This document shows, in pieces, positions 1-8,902 of a DNA stretch of 64,000 bases (its first letter is position 1; each line of letters begins with the position of its first letter). Source of the DNA: a virus; the IMG/VR virus record IMGVR_UViG_3300021197_001243, positions 1 to 64,000 of that record. The stretch is one strand, 5' to 3'. The notes beneath the pieces were generated by a model. The model searched no databases. It saw nothing but the letters and a program-made list of their open reading frames with translations, and was not told the DNA's origin. Position numbers and translations under genes: made by a program.

Positions 1-21
1 AACTAATCATATATTTAAACA

Positions 22-333
22 ATGAAAACAGTAGGAGAATTTTTACAAATGTTACCGGAGCCATATGCTTCGGCTGCAATACTTGCTACTTCTTTAGAGG
101 AAGTGGTAGATAATACGTGTAGTAGTCTTTCTGACGCTATAATCAGCTTCGATTGGAATGAATATGCCATAGATGATGCTGTTAAATCATGGGCAGAGCT
201 ATATTCAATGGCTTTGCTTAGTGAAACTGATACCGACACTATGTGGGATGTACCACAAAAAGATATTATTGAGGCACAATTAGCTGCCTTAGAAGATATG
301 GGATTTGGAATGAATCATATATATCTTAATTGA
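22..333 (+). CDS. hypothetical phage protein (LPEPY...SL..AI..F.W motif family)
   Basis: 103-aa ORF with A-rich leader; motif resembles that of ORF 1780..2139. Confidence 0.7.
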   Translation: MKTVGEFLQMLPEPYASAAILATSLEEVVDNTCSSLSDAIISFDWNEYAIDDAVKSWAELYSMALLSETDTDTMWDVPQKDIIEAQLAALEDMGFGMNHIYLN

Positions 334-416
334 ATTAACCAAGAACATCTGGACATCTTTAGAAAAGCCATTGATTTCATAGGCATTCTAAGAACACCCT
401 AAACTGAAAGGTTACT

Positions 417-482
417 AGGTGTGGTGGCACCTTAAGTCACTAGAATAATCATTTTTTATAATCATTTTTAAAACTATTCGTT
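417..482 (+). promoter_or_regulatory. candidate H-type RNA pseudoknot plus AU-rich leader upstream of the SSB gene
   Basis: AGGTG(417-421) pairs CACCT(428-432); GGTGG(423-427) pairs TCACT(437-441) with two G-U; followed by two ATAATCATTTTT copies before the ATG at 483. Confidence 0.4.
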
Positions 483-1055
483 ATGAATATTGAAGAACAA
501 TTGAGTGCATTACAGACAGGTGAAACATTGCTAGTACAAGCATTGAAAACCAAAAATCCTAATAAAGTTCAGCTTGAATTTGCCGAAAAAGTTAGGAGTA
601 CAACAGGAAATGCTGGATCATTACTAGGTATGTTGAATAAGTCAGATGACAGATTTTCAAGTGGAGCACGTAGAGCGTGGTTAACTGCTGAAATCAATGA
701 TGTAGCTGAATTACTTGACATTAATGTAGGTGATGATGCTGACTGGGGACTAACTTCAACAGGCAAAGATGCTTTACCTATTGGTATTTTGAATCCAATG
801 ATTCACAATATGAGAGCAAGACTGCAAATCAATGAAACTGTTACACCAACTGAATGGCAAGCAGATAACATTGAAACTGCAGCTAAGAGAAAAGGTGCAG
901 AAGGAGAGTTTATTACATTTAAAGGACAACACATCTTTAGTAATACTGATGTAGTTCTTATGAATGCAGATGAGTCTCCAGAGCATACTGTTCTTACTGC
1001 AGACACTGTAACAGTTAAAGCTGCAACTCCAATTACTGATGAAGTAGGTCTGTAG
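483..1055 (+). CDS. putative crAss-family single-stranded DNA-binding protein
   Basis: 190 aa; C-terminal LQINETVTP...KRKGAEGEFITFKGQHIFSNT resembles, from memory, the crAss-like phage SSB family; early-region position; followed by a hairpin. Confidence 0.55.
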   Translation: MNIEEQLSALQTGETLLVQALKTKNPNKVQLEFAEKVRSTTGNAGSLLGMLNKSDDRFSSGARRAWLTAEINDVAELLDINVGDDADWGLTSTGKDALPIGILNPMIHNMRARLQINETVTPTEWQADNIETAAKRKGAEGEFITFKGQHIFSNTDVVLMNADESPEHTVLTADTVTVKAATPITDEVGL

Positions 1056-1100
1056 TAGGAGAGTTATCGTTGTATTTGGTTAAATAATTGTTTTACGCAT

Positions 1101-1145
1101 CTATATATGGAGAGGTTGGCAACGAGCCTCTCCTATATAGTATTT
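1101..1145 (+). terminator. hairpin / probable intrinsic terminator after SSB
   Basis: GGAGAGGTT...AGCCTCTCC stem with GCAA loop, extended by CTATA/TATAG; weak U tract. Confidence 0.6.
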
Positions 1146-1167
1146 ATAATCATTTAAATAGTATAAT

Positions 1168-1365
1168 ATGATAGATCTTAGAAAAAATATTGACACCCCA
1201 TTTTCAGATAAAGAACTCCATGATGCGCATATAGAGACACTGATACGTGAAAATACAGATCCTGATATAATGTATGCACGGCATATTGAAAAGCTCCATA
1301 AAAATTTTGAAGAGTCTCAAATAAAAGAAGCTTTGCTTCAAGATATAACAGATGACTCAGAGTAA
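1168..1365 (+). CDS. hypothetical protein
   Basis: 65-aa ORF overlapping the next start. Confidence 0.6.
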   Translation: MIDLRKNIDTPFSDKELHDAHIETLIRENTDPDIMYARHIEKLHKNFEESQIKEALLQDITDDSE

Positions 1366-1705
1366 AACAACATATAGGCCATTACCAGAATATTTGACCA
1401 TAGGTCCTTCTAATATAGAGGGCCTTGGTCTTATAGCTATAGACGATATAGTACCTAATGTTCCAATGGGTATTACACATATTCACGACCCAAGATTTGA
1501 AGATAGTTTTGTAAGGACACCTTTAGGTGGGTTTATAAATCATTCCGATGACCCTAATTGTGAAATATTGTATGAAGAAGATAGTAATACTATAGAGAGA
1601 GGTTTACCAGTTATACGAACATTATATAGTATAAAACCTATATCTAAAGGTGAAGAATTAACAGTTAAGTATAAGTTATATGAGTTTAACAAAAAGATGG
1701 GCTGA
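1352..1705 (+). CDS. stand-alone SET-domain protein (putative lysine methyltransferase)
   Basis: SET motifs: SNIEGLGLIA (GxG), GFINHSDDPNC (NHSxxPN), ISKGEELTVKY (ELxxxY). Confidence 0.9.
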   Translation: MTQSKTTYRPLPEYLTIGPSNIEGLGLIAIDDIVPNVPMGITHIHDPRFEDSFVRTPLGGFINHSDDPNCEILYEEDSNTIERGLPVIRTLYSIKPISKGEELTVKYKLYEFNKKMG

Positions 1706-1868
1706 AAAAATAGGATACTTTGAGAAACAGCAGTATCCTCAAGATGAGGCTGAGTATGAAGAATATTTAAAAAATAAAAATGAAAAAGATAGCACAATTG
1801 ATAGACAAGATTCTAGTGTTCATAATCTTAAAGACAAGGGAAAAGCAGACAGTACAGAGGTCTCTTGA
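1680..1868 (+). CDS. hypothetical protein
   Basis: 62-aa ORF overlapping both neighbours; only the N-terminal half looks convincingly coding. Confidence 0.45.
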   Translation: MSLTKRWAEKIGYFEKQQYPQDEAEYEEYLKNKNEKDSTIDRQDSSVHNLKDKGKADSTEVS

Positions 1869-2139
1869 AAAGTCTTTGATTTATGATGATTATGCAAGAG
1901 CTATGATATATGCAGACAGAGTGACTCTTACACACACTGCGTATTCAAGAGCATCTGCACTTAGATGGGCTTTTAACTGGGAGAAAACTGAAGAAGGTTT
2001 TGTGTACTGGGAGAATATACATGATGCTCTATGTTTACAAGATAGAAGAGACAAGAAACTTGTAAAGCTTCGTAAAACTGTTTTTGTAGTATGTATAACT
2101 CTTTTATGCTTTTCAGTATATAAACTAATTACGTTATGA
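1780..2139 (+). CDS. hypothetical protein with C-terminal transmembrane helix
   Basis: ALRWAFNWEKTEEGFVYW motif; hydrophobic TVFVVCITLLCFSVY tail. Confidence 0.7.
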   Translation: MKKIAQLIDKILVFIILKTREKQTVQRSLEKSLIYDDYARAMIYADRVTLTHTAYSRASALRWAFNWEKTEEGFVYWENIHDALCLQDRRDKKLVKLRKTVFVVCITLLCFSVYKLITL

Positions 2140-2444
2140 ACAGAGATTTTTTTGAATTAGAAGTATGTGTACAGCAATGGGCTGAAGAGAAAGGCATATT
2201 TGATAAAGCCACACCTCTTAAACAAGCTCTTAAGACACAAGAAGAGTTAACTGAATTACTCAATGCTATTGTAGATGATGACCAACCAGAAATTGAAGAC
2301 GCTATAGGCGATATATTGGTCACACTAATCATTTTAGCAGAGATGAAGAAAGTAACTCTAGAAGAATGCCTGAATGGTGCTTATGATGTCATAAGAAAAC
2401 GTACAGGTAAAATGATTAATGGACAATTTGTAAAAGATGAATGA
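2136..2444 (+). CDS. MazG-like (all-alpha) nucleoside triphosphate pyrophosphohydrolase
   Basis: QALKTQEELTEL...EDAIGDILVTLI: EExxE...DxxxD MazG motif; ends RTGKMINGQFVK. Confidence 0.88.
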   Translation: MNRDFFELEVCVQQWAEEKGIFDKATPLKQALKTQEELTELLNAIVDDDQPEIEDAIGDILVTLIILAEMKKVTLEECLNGAYDVIRKRTGKMINGQFVKDE

Positions 2445-2619
2445 GAAAGAGATAGTGAGTAGGATAAATACAGAGTTTAACAATAAAGTGCGTAAAAGAA
2501 CCATATGGTCACGCATTGAATTGTTTGAATTGCATAGAAATGTGTGTGATATGTATTTAAATCCTATTAAAAGAAAGAATCTTGCTATGGTTAGGGACAA
2601 ATATGATGATGTAAATTAA
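2437..2619 (+). CDS. hypothetical protein
   Basis: 60-aa ORF overlapping the MazG-like gene end and coupled by TAATG to PolA. Confidence 0.65.
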   Translation: MNEKEIVSRINTEFNNKVRKRTIWSRIELFELHRNVCDMYLNPIKRKNLAMVRDKYDDVN

Positions 2620-4508
2620 TGGATGTACGATTCATAGGACCAGACCGGCAATTCTCTAAGTTTTCTTCTGCCACTATAGAAGAATGTGTAGAGTATTGTG
2701 CAAGTAAACGTATTCTTGGTGTAGATACTGAGACTGAGGGTTTCAGTTTTATTACCAAGAAGATGATCATGTTTCAGATAGGTGATATGGATCGACAGTA
2801 TGTAATTGATACACGCTTTCAATCTATTGAACCACTGAGAGATGTTCTAGAGTCAGAGGGTATAGTTAAGGTGTTTCATAACGCTAAGTTTGACTATAAG
2901 TTTATACGTGCTGTAGGTATATGTACTGAAAATGTATGGGATACTTTTCTTGTAGAGAAAGTACTACACTGTGGTAAAGACAACGTTAGATTTAGTCTTG
3001 CACATGTAGTTAAAAGATATCTTAACAAGACTCTTAGTAAAGAGGTACGTAATCAGTTTGTAGGGTTGACAGGTCAGCCTTTCACTGATAGTCAGGTGTT
3101 ATATGGTGCTAAGGATGTAGTATATCTCCTTGGTATTGTTGAACATCAGAAAGAAAAGCTTAATAAGTATAACCTTAATGAGGTTGCACAGCTTGAGAAT
3201 GATGCTGTTTTAGCATTCTCTGATATAGAGTATGAAGGTCTTAACATCAATCAAAATGAATGGTTAGAGATTAGTGCTGAAGTTGAAATCAGTATGGAGA
3301 AAGTCGAAAAGAATATGGATGAAACCCTCCTTAATGATGATAGATTCCAGGCTTTTGTATCAGACTATGTACAAGGAGAATTGTTTACAACCTTTGACGA
3401 ACTAAGGAAGATAGATGTAAAATGGTCATCCCCTAAACAAGCTTTAGAAGTCTTTCAAGTACTCATACCTGACTTGGAAAAGGTAGATGCTAAGTTCTTG
3501 TATAAACACAGGAAAAAGCATCCTCTTATCCCTGCATATATGAAGTATAAGGAGCAAGCTAAAGTTGTATCATCTTATGGGAAAGCATTCTTAGAGAATG
3601 TACACTCAGACAGTAAGATACATACCAGTTTTAATCAGATTCTTAATACAGGACGGGTAAGTTCTCGTGAACCTAATATGCAGCAAATGCCTGCGTCTAA
3701 CAAGTTCCGTAACTGTATTAAAGCACCTGAAGGATGGGTATTTGTATCGAGTGACTATAGCTCTCAGGAATTGAATGTTATAGCTTATGGTTCACAGGAT
3801 CCTGTATGGCTTGAGGCACTTGAGAAAGGTCAAGACTTACACTCAGTGTGTGCAGCTCTTGTATATGGTGACAAGTGGATTGATGCTGCAGAAGATGAGT
3901 GTGCTTATATGAAAAGTAAGTCTAAGTGTAACTGTTCTGAACACAAGAGTCTTAGGACTAAGGTTAAGACAGTAAACTTTGGTTTAGCTTACGGTATGGG
4001 ACCTAATAAACTTGCAGATACTATAGAGTCATCTCTTGGTGAGGCTAAAGAACTGATAGAACAGTACTTTAAGGTGTTTCCTAACATAGGTAACTTCCTT
4101 ACTAAGCTTGAGAAGTTTGGTGTTAAGTATGGCTATGCTAGAACTTATCCCCCTTACAATAGACGACGATGGTTTTCTGATTGGTTTAAAGGGATTGGTG
4201 CAGAACCATCTCTTAAAGGTATAGCCGGTACTATAGGTAGAGCATCTAAGAATACTCCTATTCAAGGTGCATCAGCTGACATGACTAAGCTTGCTCTTGT
4301 AATTGTAAGAGATTTCATACGTGAGACTAATGTACCTGTTAAAATAGTAATGACAGTGCATGATCAGATTGATACTGTATGCTCTAAAGAATATGCTGAG
4401 GAGTGGAAAGTAAAGATGACTGATCTTATGGAGGAGGCAGCTCTTAAAGTTATACCTAATGGCTTATTAAAAGCAGAAACTAACATCTCAGAATGCTGGG
4501 AGAAATAA
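2619..4508 (+). CDS. polA: family A DNA polymerase with 3'-5' exonuclease domain
   Basis: Exo I GVDTETEG, Exo II HNAKFD, Exo III YGAKD; TGRVSS, motif A DYSSQEL, motif B KTVNFGLAYG, motif C VHDQI. Confidence 0.97.
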   Translation: MDVRFIGPDRQFSKFSSATIEECVEYCASKRILGVDTETEGFSFITKKMIMFQIGDMDRQYVIDTRFQSIEPLRDVLESEGIVKVFHNAKFDYKFIRAVGICTENVWDTFLVEKVLHCGKDNVRFSLAHVVKRYLNKTLSKEVRNQFVGLTGQPFTDSQVLYGAKDVVYLLGIVEHQKEKLNKYNLNEVAQLENDAVLAFSDIEYEGLNINQNEWLEISAEVEISMEKVEKNMDETLLNDDRFQAFVSDYVQGELFTTFDELRKIDVKWSSPKQALEVFQVLIPDLEKVDAKFLYKHRKKHPLIPAYMKYKEQAKVVSSYGKAFLENVHSDSKIHTSFNQILNTGRVSSREPNMQQMPASNKFRNCIKAPEGWVFVSSDYSSQELNVIAYGSQDPVWLEALEKGQDLHSVCAALVYGDKWIDAAEDECAYMKSKSKCNCSEHKSLRTKVKTVNFGLAYGMGPNKLADTIESSLGEAKELIEQYFKVFPNIGNFLTKLEKFGVKYGYARTYPPYNRRRWFSDWFKGIGAEPSLKGIAGTIGRASKNTPIQGASADMTKLALVIVRDFIRETNVPVKIVMTVHDQIDTVCSKEYAEEWKVKMTDLMEEAALKVIPNGLLKAETNISECWEK

Positions 4509-4518
4509 ACTATTTAAC

Positions 4519-4794
4519 ATGGACTTTGAAACAAAAATAGAAAATGCAAGTGTAAGTATTGATTTTGATTACCAACCTGAAGAAGCTATGGTTATGTACT
4601 ACCCAGATGGTAGTGGTTATCCAGGGTGTCCAGCAAGTGTTGATAACATTAATGTAGTATGGAAAACTCAAAAGTTTAACTCTAAAACACGTAAGCAAGA
4701 AGATGTAGAGGTTGATATTACTGAGCTGCTTAACGAATTAGGACATGACCTTGAAGAACTGTGTTGGGATTATTTAAATAATGGAGACTTTTAA
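4519..4794 (+). CDS. hypothetical phage protein
   Basis: 91-aa acidic ORF with YYPDGSGYPGCP motif. Confidence 0.75.
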   Translation: MDFETKIENASVSIDFDYQPEEAMVMYYPDGSGYPGCPASVDNINVVWKTQKFNSKTRKQEDVEVDITELLNELGHDLEELCWDYLNNGDF

Positions 4795-5992
4795 AATGGA
4801 AAAACTGACAGTTAAAGATACTGAGCAGCGTATGGCTTACAGGAACTACATAAATAATAAGTATGTAGGTTCTATTATAGCAGGTACGGGGTTTGGTAAG
4901 ACAAGAGTAGGTTTATTTGCTGTCGTAGAGGCATTGAATAATTCTGATTTAGATGCACTTGTACTTGTACCTTTTGAACACCTTAAAGATAATTTCAAAG
5001 AGGAGATGAGAAAGACAGGGCAAGAGAAGTATATAGATAGAATACAATTCTATTGCTATGCTTCAGTAAAAAAGCTATTAGATTCCCCTGACAAGTATTG
5101 TGTAGTGGTGTGTGATGAGATACATCTTGGTCTCACTGATCCGTGTTTTGAATTTTACAACACAGATAAGTTTGAAAAGATGATGTTTCTTACAGCTACT
5201 CTCCCAGAGGATCCGTTGTACCGGGCAAGACTGCAGAGAGTAGCACCTCCTGTCTATACTATAACTATAGATGAGTGTGTAGCTAAAGGTCTTATAGCTC
5301 CTTACAAAATAAAGTGTGTAGCTTTAGAACTCACAAAGGAAGAGAAAGCACAGTATAAAACTGTTAATGCAAACTTTGGGTATTGGAAAGGTAAGCTAGG
5401 ATTTGATGCTTTTAACATGGCTCAAGCTGTACTTGCAAATAAGAGTAAGTATGGTAATGAAATGATGCAAGCAGCATTAGGATTCTATAGGGCTATTCGT
5501 CAACGTAAAACAATTGTAGATCATGCAAAGAACAAAATTAAACTTGCGCAACTATTTGCTAATAGCACTGATGGGAGGATTCTGGTTTTTGGTGGCGATA
5601 ATGCTTTTACCGATTCTCTTGCTGATTCTCTTGATGGATCTGTTGTCTATCACTCTAAGAAGACAAAGAAGGTCAAAGATGCAGCGTTAAAGGATTTTAA
5701 GAATGGTGATGCTAAGGTGCTATGTAGTACAAAAGCATTGAACCAGGGTCTTGATATCCCTAATGCTCAGATTGGACTTATATGTGGTCTTACAAGTAAG
5801 GCTCTCACTATGATACAGAGGGTGGGTAGACTTGTAAGAATTGACCCTGACAACCCTGAGAAAGTGGGTAGTATAGTTATATTATATGTACAAAATTCAC
5901 AAGAGGAAAAATGGCTGAGAAACTCACTCAAAACAACGGATCCAAGCAATATAGTTTGGACGTCGCAAGAGGAACTACTAGAAAGCGTATAA
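4781..5992 (+). CDS. superfamily 2 (DExH) helicase
   Basis: Walker A GTGFGKT, DEIH, LTAT, GLDIP, QRVGR. Confidence 0.93.
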   Translation: METFKMEKLTVKDTEQRMAYRNYINNKYVGSIIAGTGFGKTRVGLFAVVEALNNSDLDALVLVPFEHLKDNFKEEMRKTGQEKYIDRIQFYCYASVKKLLDSPDKYCVVVCDEIHLGLTDPCFEFYNTDKFEKMMFLTATLPEDPLYRARLQRVAPPVYTITIDECVAKGLIAPYKIKCVALELTKEEKAQYKTVNANFGYWKGKLGFDAFNMAQAVLANKSKYGNEMMQAALGFYRAIRQRKTIVDHAKNKIKLAQLFANSTDGRILVFGGDNAFTDSLADSLDGSVVYHSKKTKKVKDAALKDFKNGDAKVLCSTKALNQGLDIPNAQIGLICGLTSKALTMIQRVGRLVRIDPDNPEKVGSIVILYVQNSQEEKWLRNSLKTTDPSNIVWTSQEELLESV

Positions 5993-6144
5993 GCAACGCT
6001 GAACTCGTACGTATAGGTAAGGATAACTTAACTAAAATTACTCCTATAACTCCAGAGTATAGGTTTGAAGAAGAGAAGAGTGAAGGTGTGGAGATACTAG
6101 AAAAGATTATAATAATGTCAGATAACATATCTGATATTACATAA
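5911..6144 (+). CDS. hypothetical protein
   Basis: 77-aa ORF filling the gap after the helicase; overlaps it by 82 bp. Confidence 0.45.
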   Translation: MAEKLTQNNGSKQYSLDVARGTTRKRISNAELVRIGKDNLTKITPITPEYRFEEEKSEGVEILEKIIIMSDNISDIT

Positions 6145-6160
6145 CAATTTTGTATCTTCA
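6130..6160 (+). promoter_or_regulatory. candidate Bacteroidota-type promoter (-7 element variant TATCTTCA)
   Basis: TATCTTCA at 6153-6160 resembles TAnnTTTG; intergenic before the replisome organiser-DnaB operon. Confidence 0.4.
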
Positions 6161-6203
6161 TAGCTTCTGACTTCCAAAGTTTAACATTTAAGAATTGTAG
6201 TAT

Positions 6204-6752
6204 ATGAACATTGATATTGAACATATCATAGGGCTAAAGCTGTCCCCTGACGAATATGTTTTCCTTCTACTGCACCACAAAGAAAAGTATAATGACTATG
6301 TGTCTAGAGGTATAAAGTTGCGAATCAATCTTGTAAAACTTCAAGAGATGGATTACATCAAAATACTTGAGGAGAATAAGGTTGCCGTAAGGCAAAAGTT
6401 TATAGACCTTATAGAGACAGATTTTGATAGACAGTTTGCAGAGCTTATAGCTACATATCCTATGAAAGTAGGTAATGCAGGTAAGTATCGCATACTTCAT
6501 GCTTCTAATCCTGATGCTAAAGCTAATTCTAAAGCGAAAGCTAAGTATAGAAGTATACTTAAGAAAGACCCTTTACTTCATAACAAGATTATAAGGTTAC
6601 TTAATGTGCAGCTTACACAGCAACGAGAGAATTTGCAGTATCTAAATGCTCTTGATGTATGGTTAAATCAATCTATGTGGGAAAAGTGGGAAGGTATTGA
6701 CGAAAATACAGAAGACGATAATGACGAAAGAAACACAAGAGTCCTCGATTGA
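6204..6752 (+). CDS. putative replisome organiser / helicase loader
   Basis: F..L...YP.K...KAKAKY...WLNQSMWE pattern typical of phage replisome-organiser C-terminal domains; directly upstream of DnaB. Confidence 0.6.
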   Translation: MNIDIEHIIGLKLSPDEYVFLLLHHKEKYNDYVSRGIKLRINLVKLQEMDYIKILEENKVAVRQKFIDLIETDFDRQFAELIATYPMKVGNAGKYRILHASNPDAKANSKAKAKYRSILKKDPLLHNKIIRLLNVQLTQQRENLQYLNALDVWLNQSMWEKWEGIDENTEDDNDERNTRVLD

Positions 6753-7686
6753 GGTACTAAAAAAGCTAGGTTTTCAACCTATACGCACAGCTGTAAGGCA
6801 ATCTATAGCTGTCGTAGACAAAGCAAAGAAGGGATTACGAAATATATTTCTTACTAACTGGCCTAGACTGAACAGACACCTATTAGGTGGACTACAGCCA
6901 GGTAAGCTGTACATTATAGCAGGTAGACCAGGTACAGGTAAGTCAGCATTTAGTAATCAGTTAATCTTTGACTTGTTAGACAACGCTGCAAGTTTGAATA
7001 AGAAAATGGTGGTATTCTATTGGTCTTTCGAGATGCCAGGTTATCAGCAGATAATGCGTAGCGCTTCAAAGGATACAGGTAAACAGATGGCAGATCTTTA
7101 CTCAGTTGATTCAAAATTAGCAGAGCAAGACTTTCAGACATTTATAAATAGTGTATCTAAGTATGTGAAGTATCCTGTATACTTTCAGAACAAGCCTAAG
7201 AATGTAGAATTTATAGAGTCAGCTTGTGAGAAGTTTACTATGCTACATCCTGATGTACAAATCCTTAATCTTATTGACCATACCAGACTTGTTCCAGGTA
7301 CGGAGGATATAGAGATGAAGAGACTTAACAGTCTTTCTAAGGCGTGTATGAGGATGCAAGCTAATATGGGTACTATAAACCTGTTATTGTCACAGTTAAA
7401 CAGGAACATAGAGAAAGAGGACAGGGCTAAGAATCAGTTTCAGCCTATGTTATCTGACTTGTTCGGTGGTGACAGTATAGGTCAAGATGCTCATGTAGTT
7501 ATGATGATACAAAGACCTCATGACTTATATGGTATTACATCAAAGTATTGTGGTGAGGATCCTAGAGGATTACTTGCCCTACACCTTGAAAAGAACCGTG
7601 ATGGTATATTGGGTATGATCCCATACGACTTTGACGGTGCAAAGTTTACAATTATAGAACGTAAATCTAAAACTAAATCTAAATAA
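6697..7686 (+). CDS. dnaB: DnaB-like replicative helicase (short; lacks the usual N-terminal domain)
   Basis: AGRPGTGKS, SFEM, IDH, LSQLNR, SDL...GQDAHVV, KNRDG. Confidence 0.95.
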   Translation: MTKIQKTIMTKETQESSIEVLKKLGFQPIRTAVRQSIAVVDKAKKGLRNIFLTNWPRLNRHLLGGLQPGKLYIIAGRPGTGKSAFSNQLIFDLLDNAASLNKKMVVFYWSFEMPGYQQIMRSASKDTGKQMADLYSVDSKLAEQDFQTFINSVSKYVKYPVYFQNKPKNVEFIESACEKFTMLHPDVQILNLIDHTRLVPGTEDIEMKRLNSLSKACMRMQANMGTINLLLSQLNRNIEKEDRAKNQFQPMLSDLFGGDSIGQDAHVVMMIQRPHDLYGITSKYCGEDPRGLLALHLEKNRDGILGMIPYDFDGAKFTIIERKSKTKSK

Positions 7687-7688
7687 TA

Positions 7689-8444
7689 ATGGCAAACACA
7701 AATGCAATAGTATTACCTACTGCACCAGTACCTGGCACTACAAAAAGTCCAGAGAATCTTATAATCTATTCTAAACCTAAGACAGGTAAGACTACAATGC
7801 TTTCTAAACTGAAAGATTGTCTTATCATAGATTTGGAGAAGGGTACAAATAAGATAGATGCAATGAAAGTACAGGCTAATAGCCTAACAGAATTACATCA
7901 TATTATCAAAGCTGTTAAAGCTTCCGACCACAAATACAAATACGTTGCAGTAGATACTGTAACAGAGCTAGAGGCTTGGTGTGAGTGGGATGCTACAGCA
8001 ATGTATATGAAAACCCCTATGGGTAAAAACTTTAATCGTGTCCAAGATCCGAAGACCGGGGAGATGAAAGTACTTCCAAAGAGTCAATGGGACAGTGTAT
8101 TAAGTTTACCCAAGGGCGCAGGATACCTGTATCTGCGTAATAGTTTCAAGAAGTGGATGAATATGCTACTTACTTTAGCTCCTCATGTAATTTTCGTAGC
8201 ACACGTAAAAGATGCTATGGCTGAGAAGAAAGGGAAGGAAGTAGCTGTCAAAGACCTTGATCTTACAGGTAAGTTGAAGATGATAACTGCTCAAAAGGCA
8301 GATGCTATCGGATATGTGTATTGGGAGGGAGAAGAACTAACAATTTCATTTTCTTCTAAAGACGGCATAGAAGCAAACTCTCGCTGCACACATCTAAAAG
8401 ATAGTGTAATTCCATTTGAATGGGATAAGATTTTTATCGATTAA
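7689..8444 (+). CDS. Sak4-like / AAA_24 P-loop ATPase (single-strand annealing recombinase)
   Basis: YSKPKTGKTT Walker A, IIDLEKGT, VAVDTVT Walker B, ADAIGY. Confidence 0.85.
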   Translation: MANTNAIVLPTAPVPGTTKSPENLIIYSKPKTGKTTMLSKLKDCLIIDLEKGTNKIDAMKVQANSLTELHHIIKAVKASDHKYKYVAVDTVTELEAWCEWDATAMYMKTPMGKNFNRVQDPKTGEMKVLPKSQWDSVLSLPKGAGYLYLRNSFKKWMNMLLTLAPHVIFVAHVKDAMAEKKGKEVAVKDLDLTGKLKMITAQKADAIGYVYWEGEELTISFSSKDGIEANSRCTHLKDSVIPFEWDKIFID

Positions 8445-8471
8445 TAAGTAACCATTTAATTTTTATAAAAC

Positions 8472-8900
8472 ATGAGTATTGAAATGAGGGACTCTCAGAA
8501 CCCTGAAACCACTGAGAACACAGACCTATCTAACTGCACTGTTGTGACAGAAATGACAGTAGATATGATTCTTAATGAACTTGCACAAGGTGTAAATAAG
8601 ACTCAAATGCAAAAGAAGTTCGCTTATCGTGATGAAAATGGAACTGTAAGACCGTTTGAGAAGTGGATGATTGACCAAATGTTCAAAGATCCATCTCTTA
8701 GAGGTAAAAAGCCTGCAAGAAAGAAGGTTCTACCATTTACATTTAAAGGTACAACTACTGCACCTACTACACCTGAGCTTAAGGACGACATTTCTGAAAC
8801 AGAAGGTAGACCTCAGTTTGATCGATCTACTCAGAGTAATGGGTATGTAGAGATTAATGTAGAAGAAAATGATGAAAATAATAACCAATTCAATTACTAA
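8472..8900 (+). CDS. hypothetical protein
   Basis: 142-aa ORF within the recombination operon. Confidence 0.75.
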   Translation: MSIEMRDSQNPETTENTDLSNCTVVTEMTVDMILNELAQGVNKTQMQKKFAYRDENGTVRPFEKWMIDQMFKDPSLRGKKPARKKVLPFTFKGTTTAPTTPELKDDISETEGRPQFDRSTQSNGYVEINVEENDENNNQFNY

Positions 8901-8902
8901 TA

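Noticed and set aside
334-410. tRNA or other structured RNA gene in the intergenic gaps
   Set aside because: No cloverleaf, T-loop or CCA pattern seen here or in the other short gaps.
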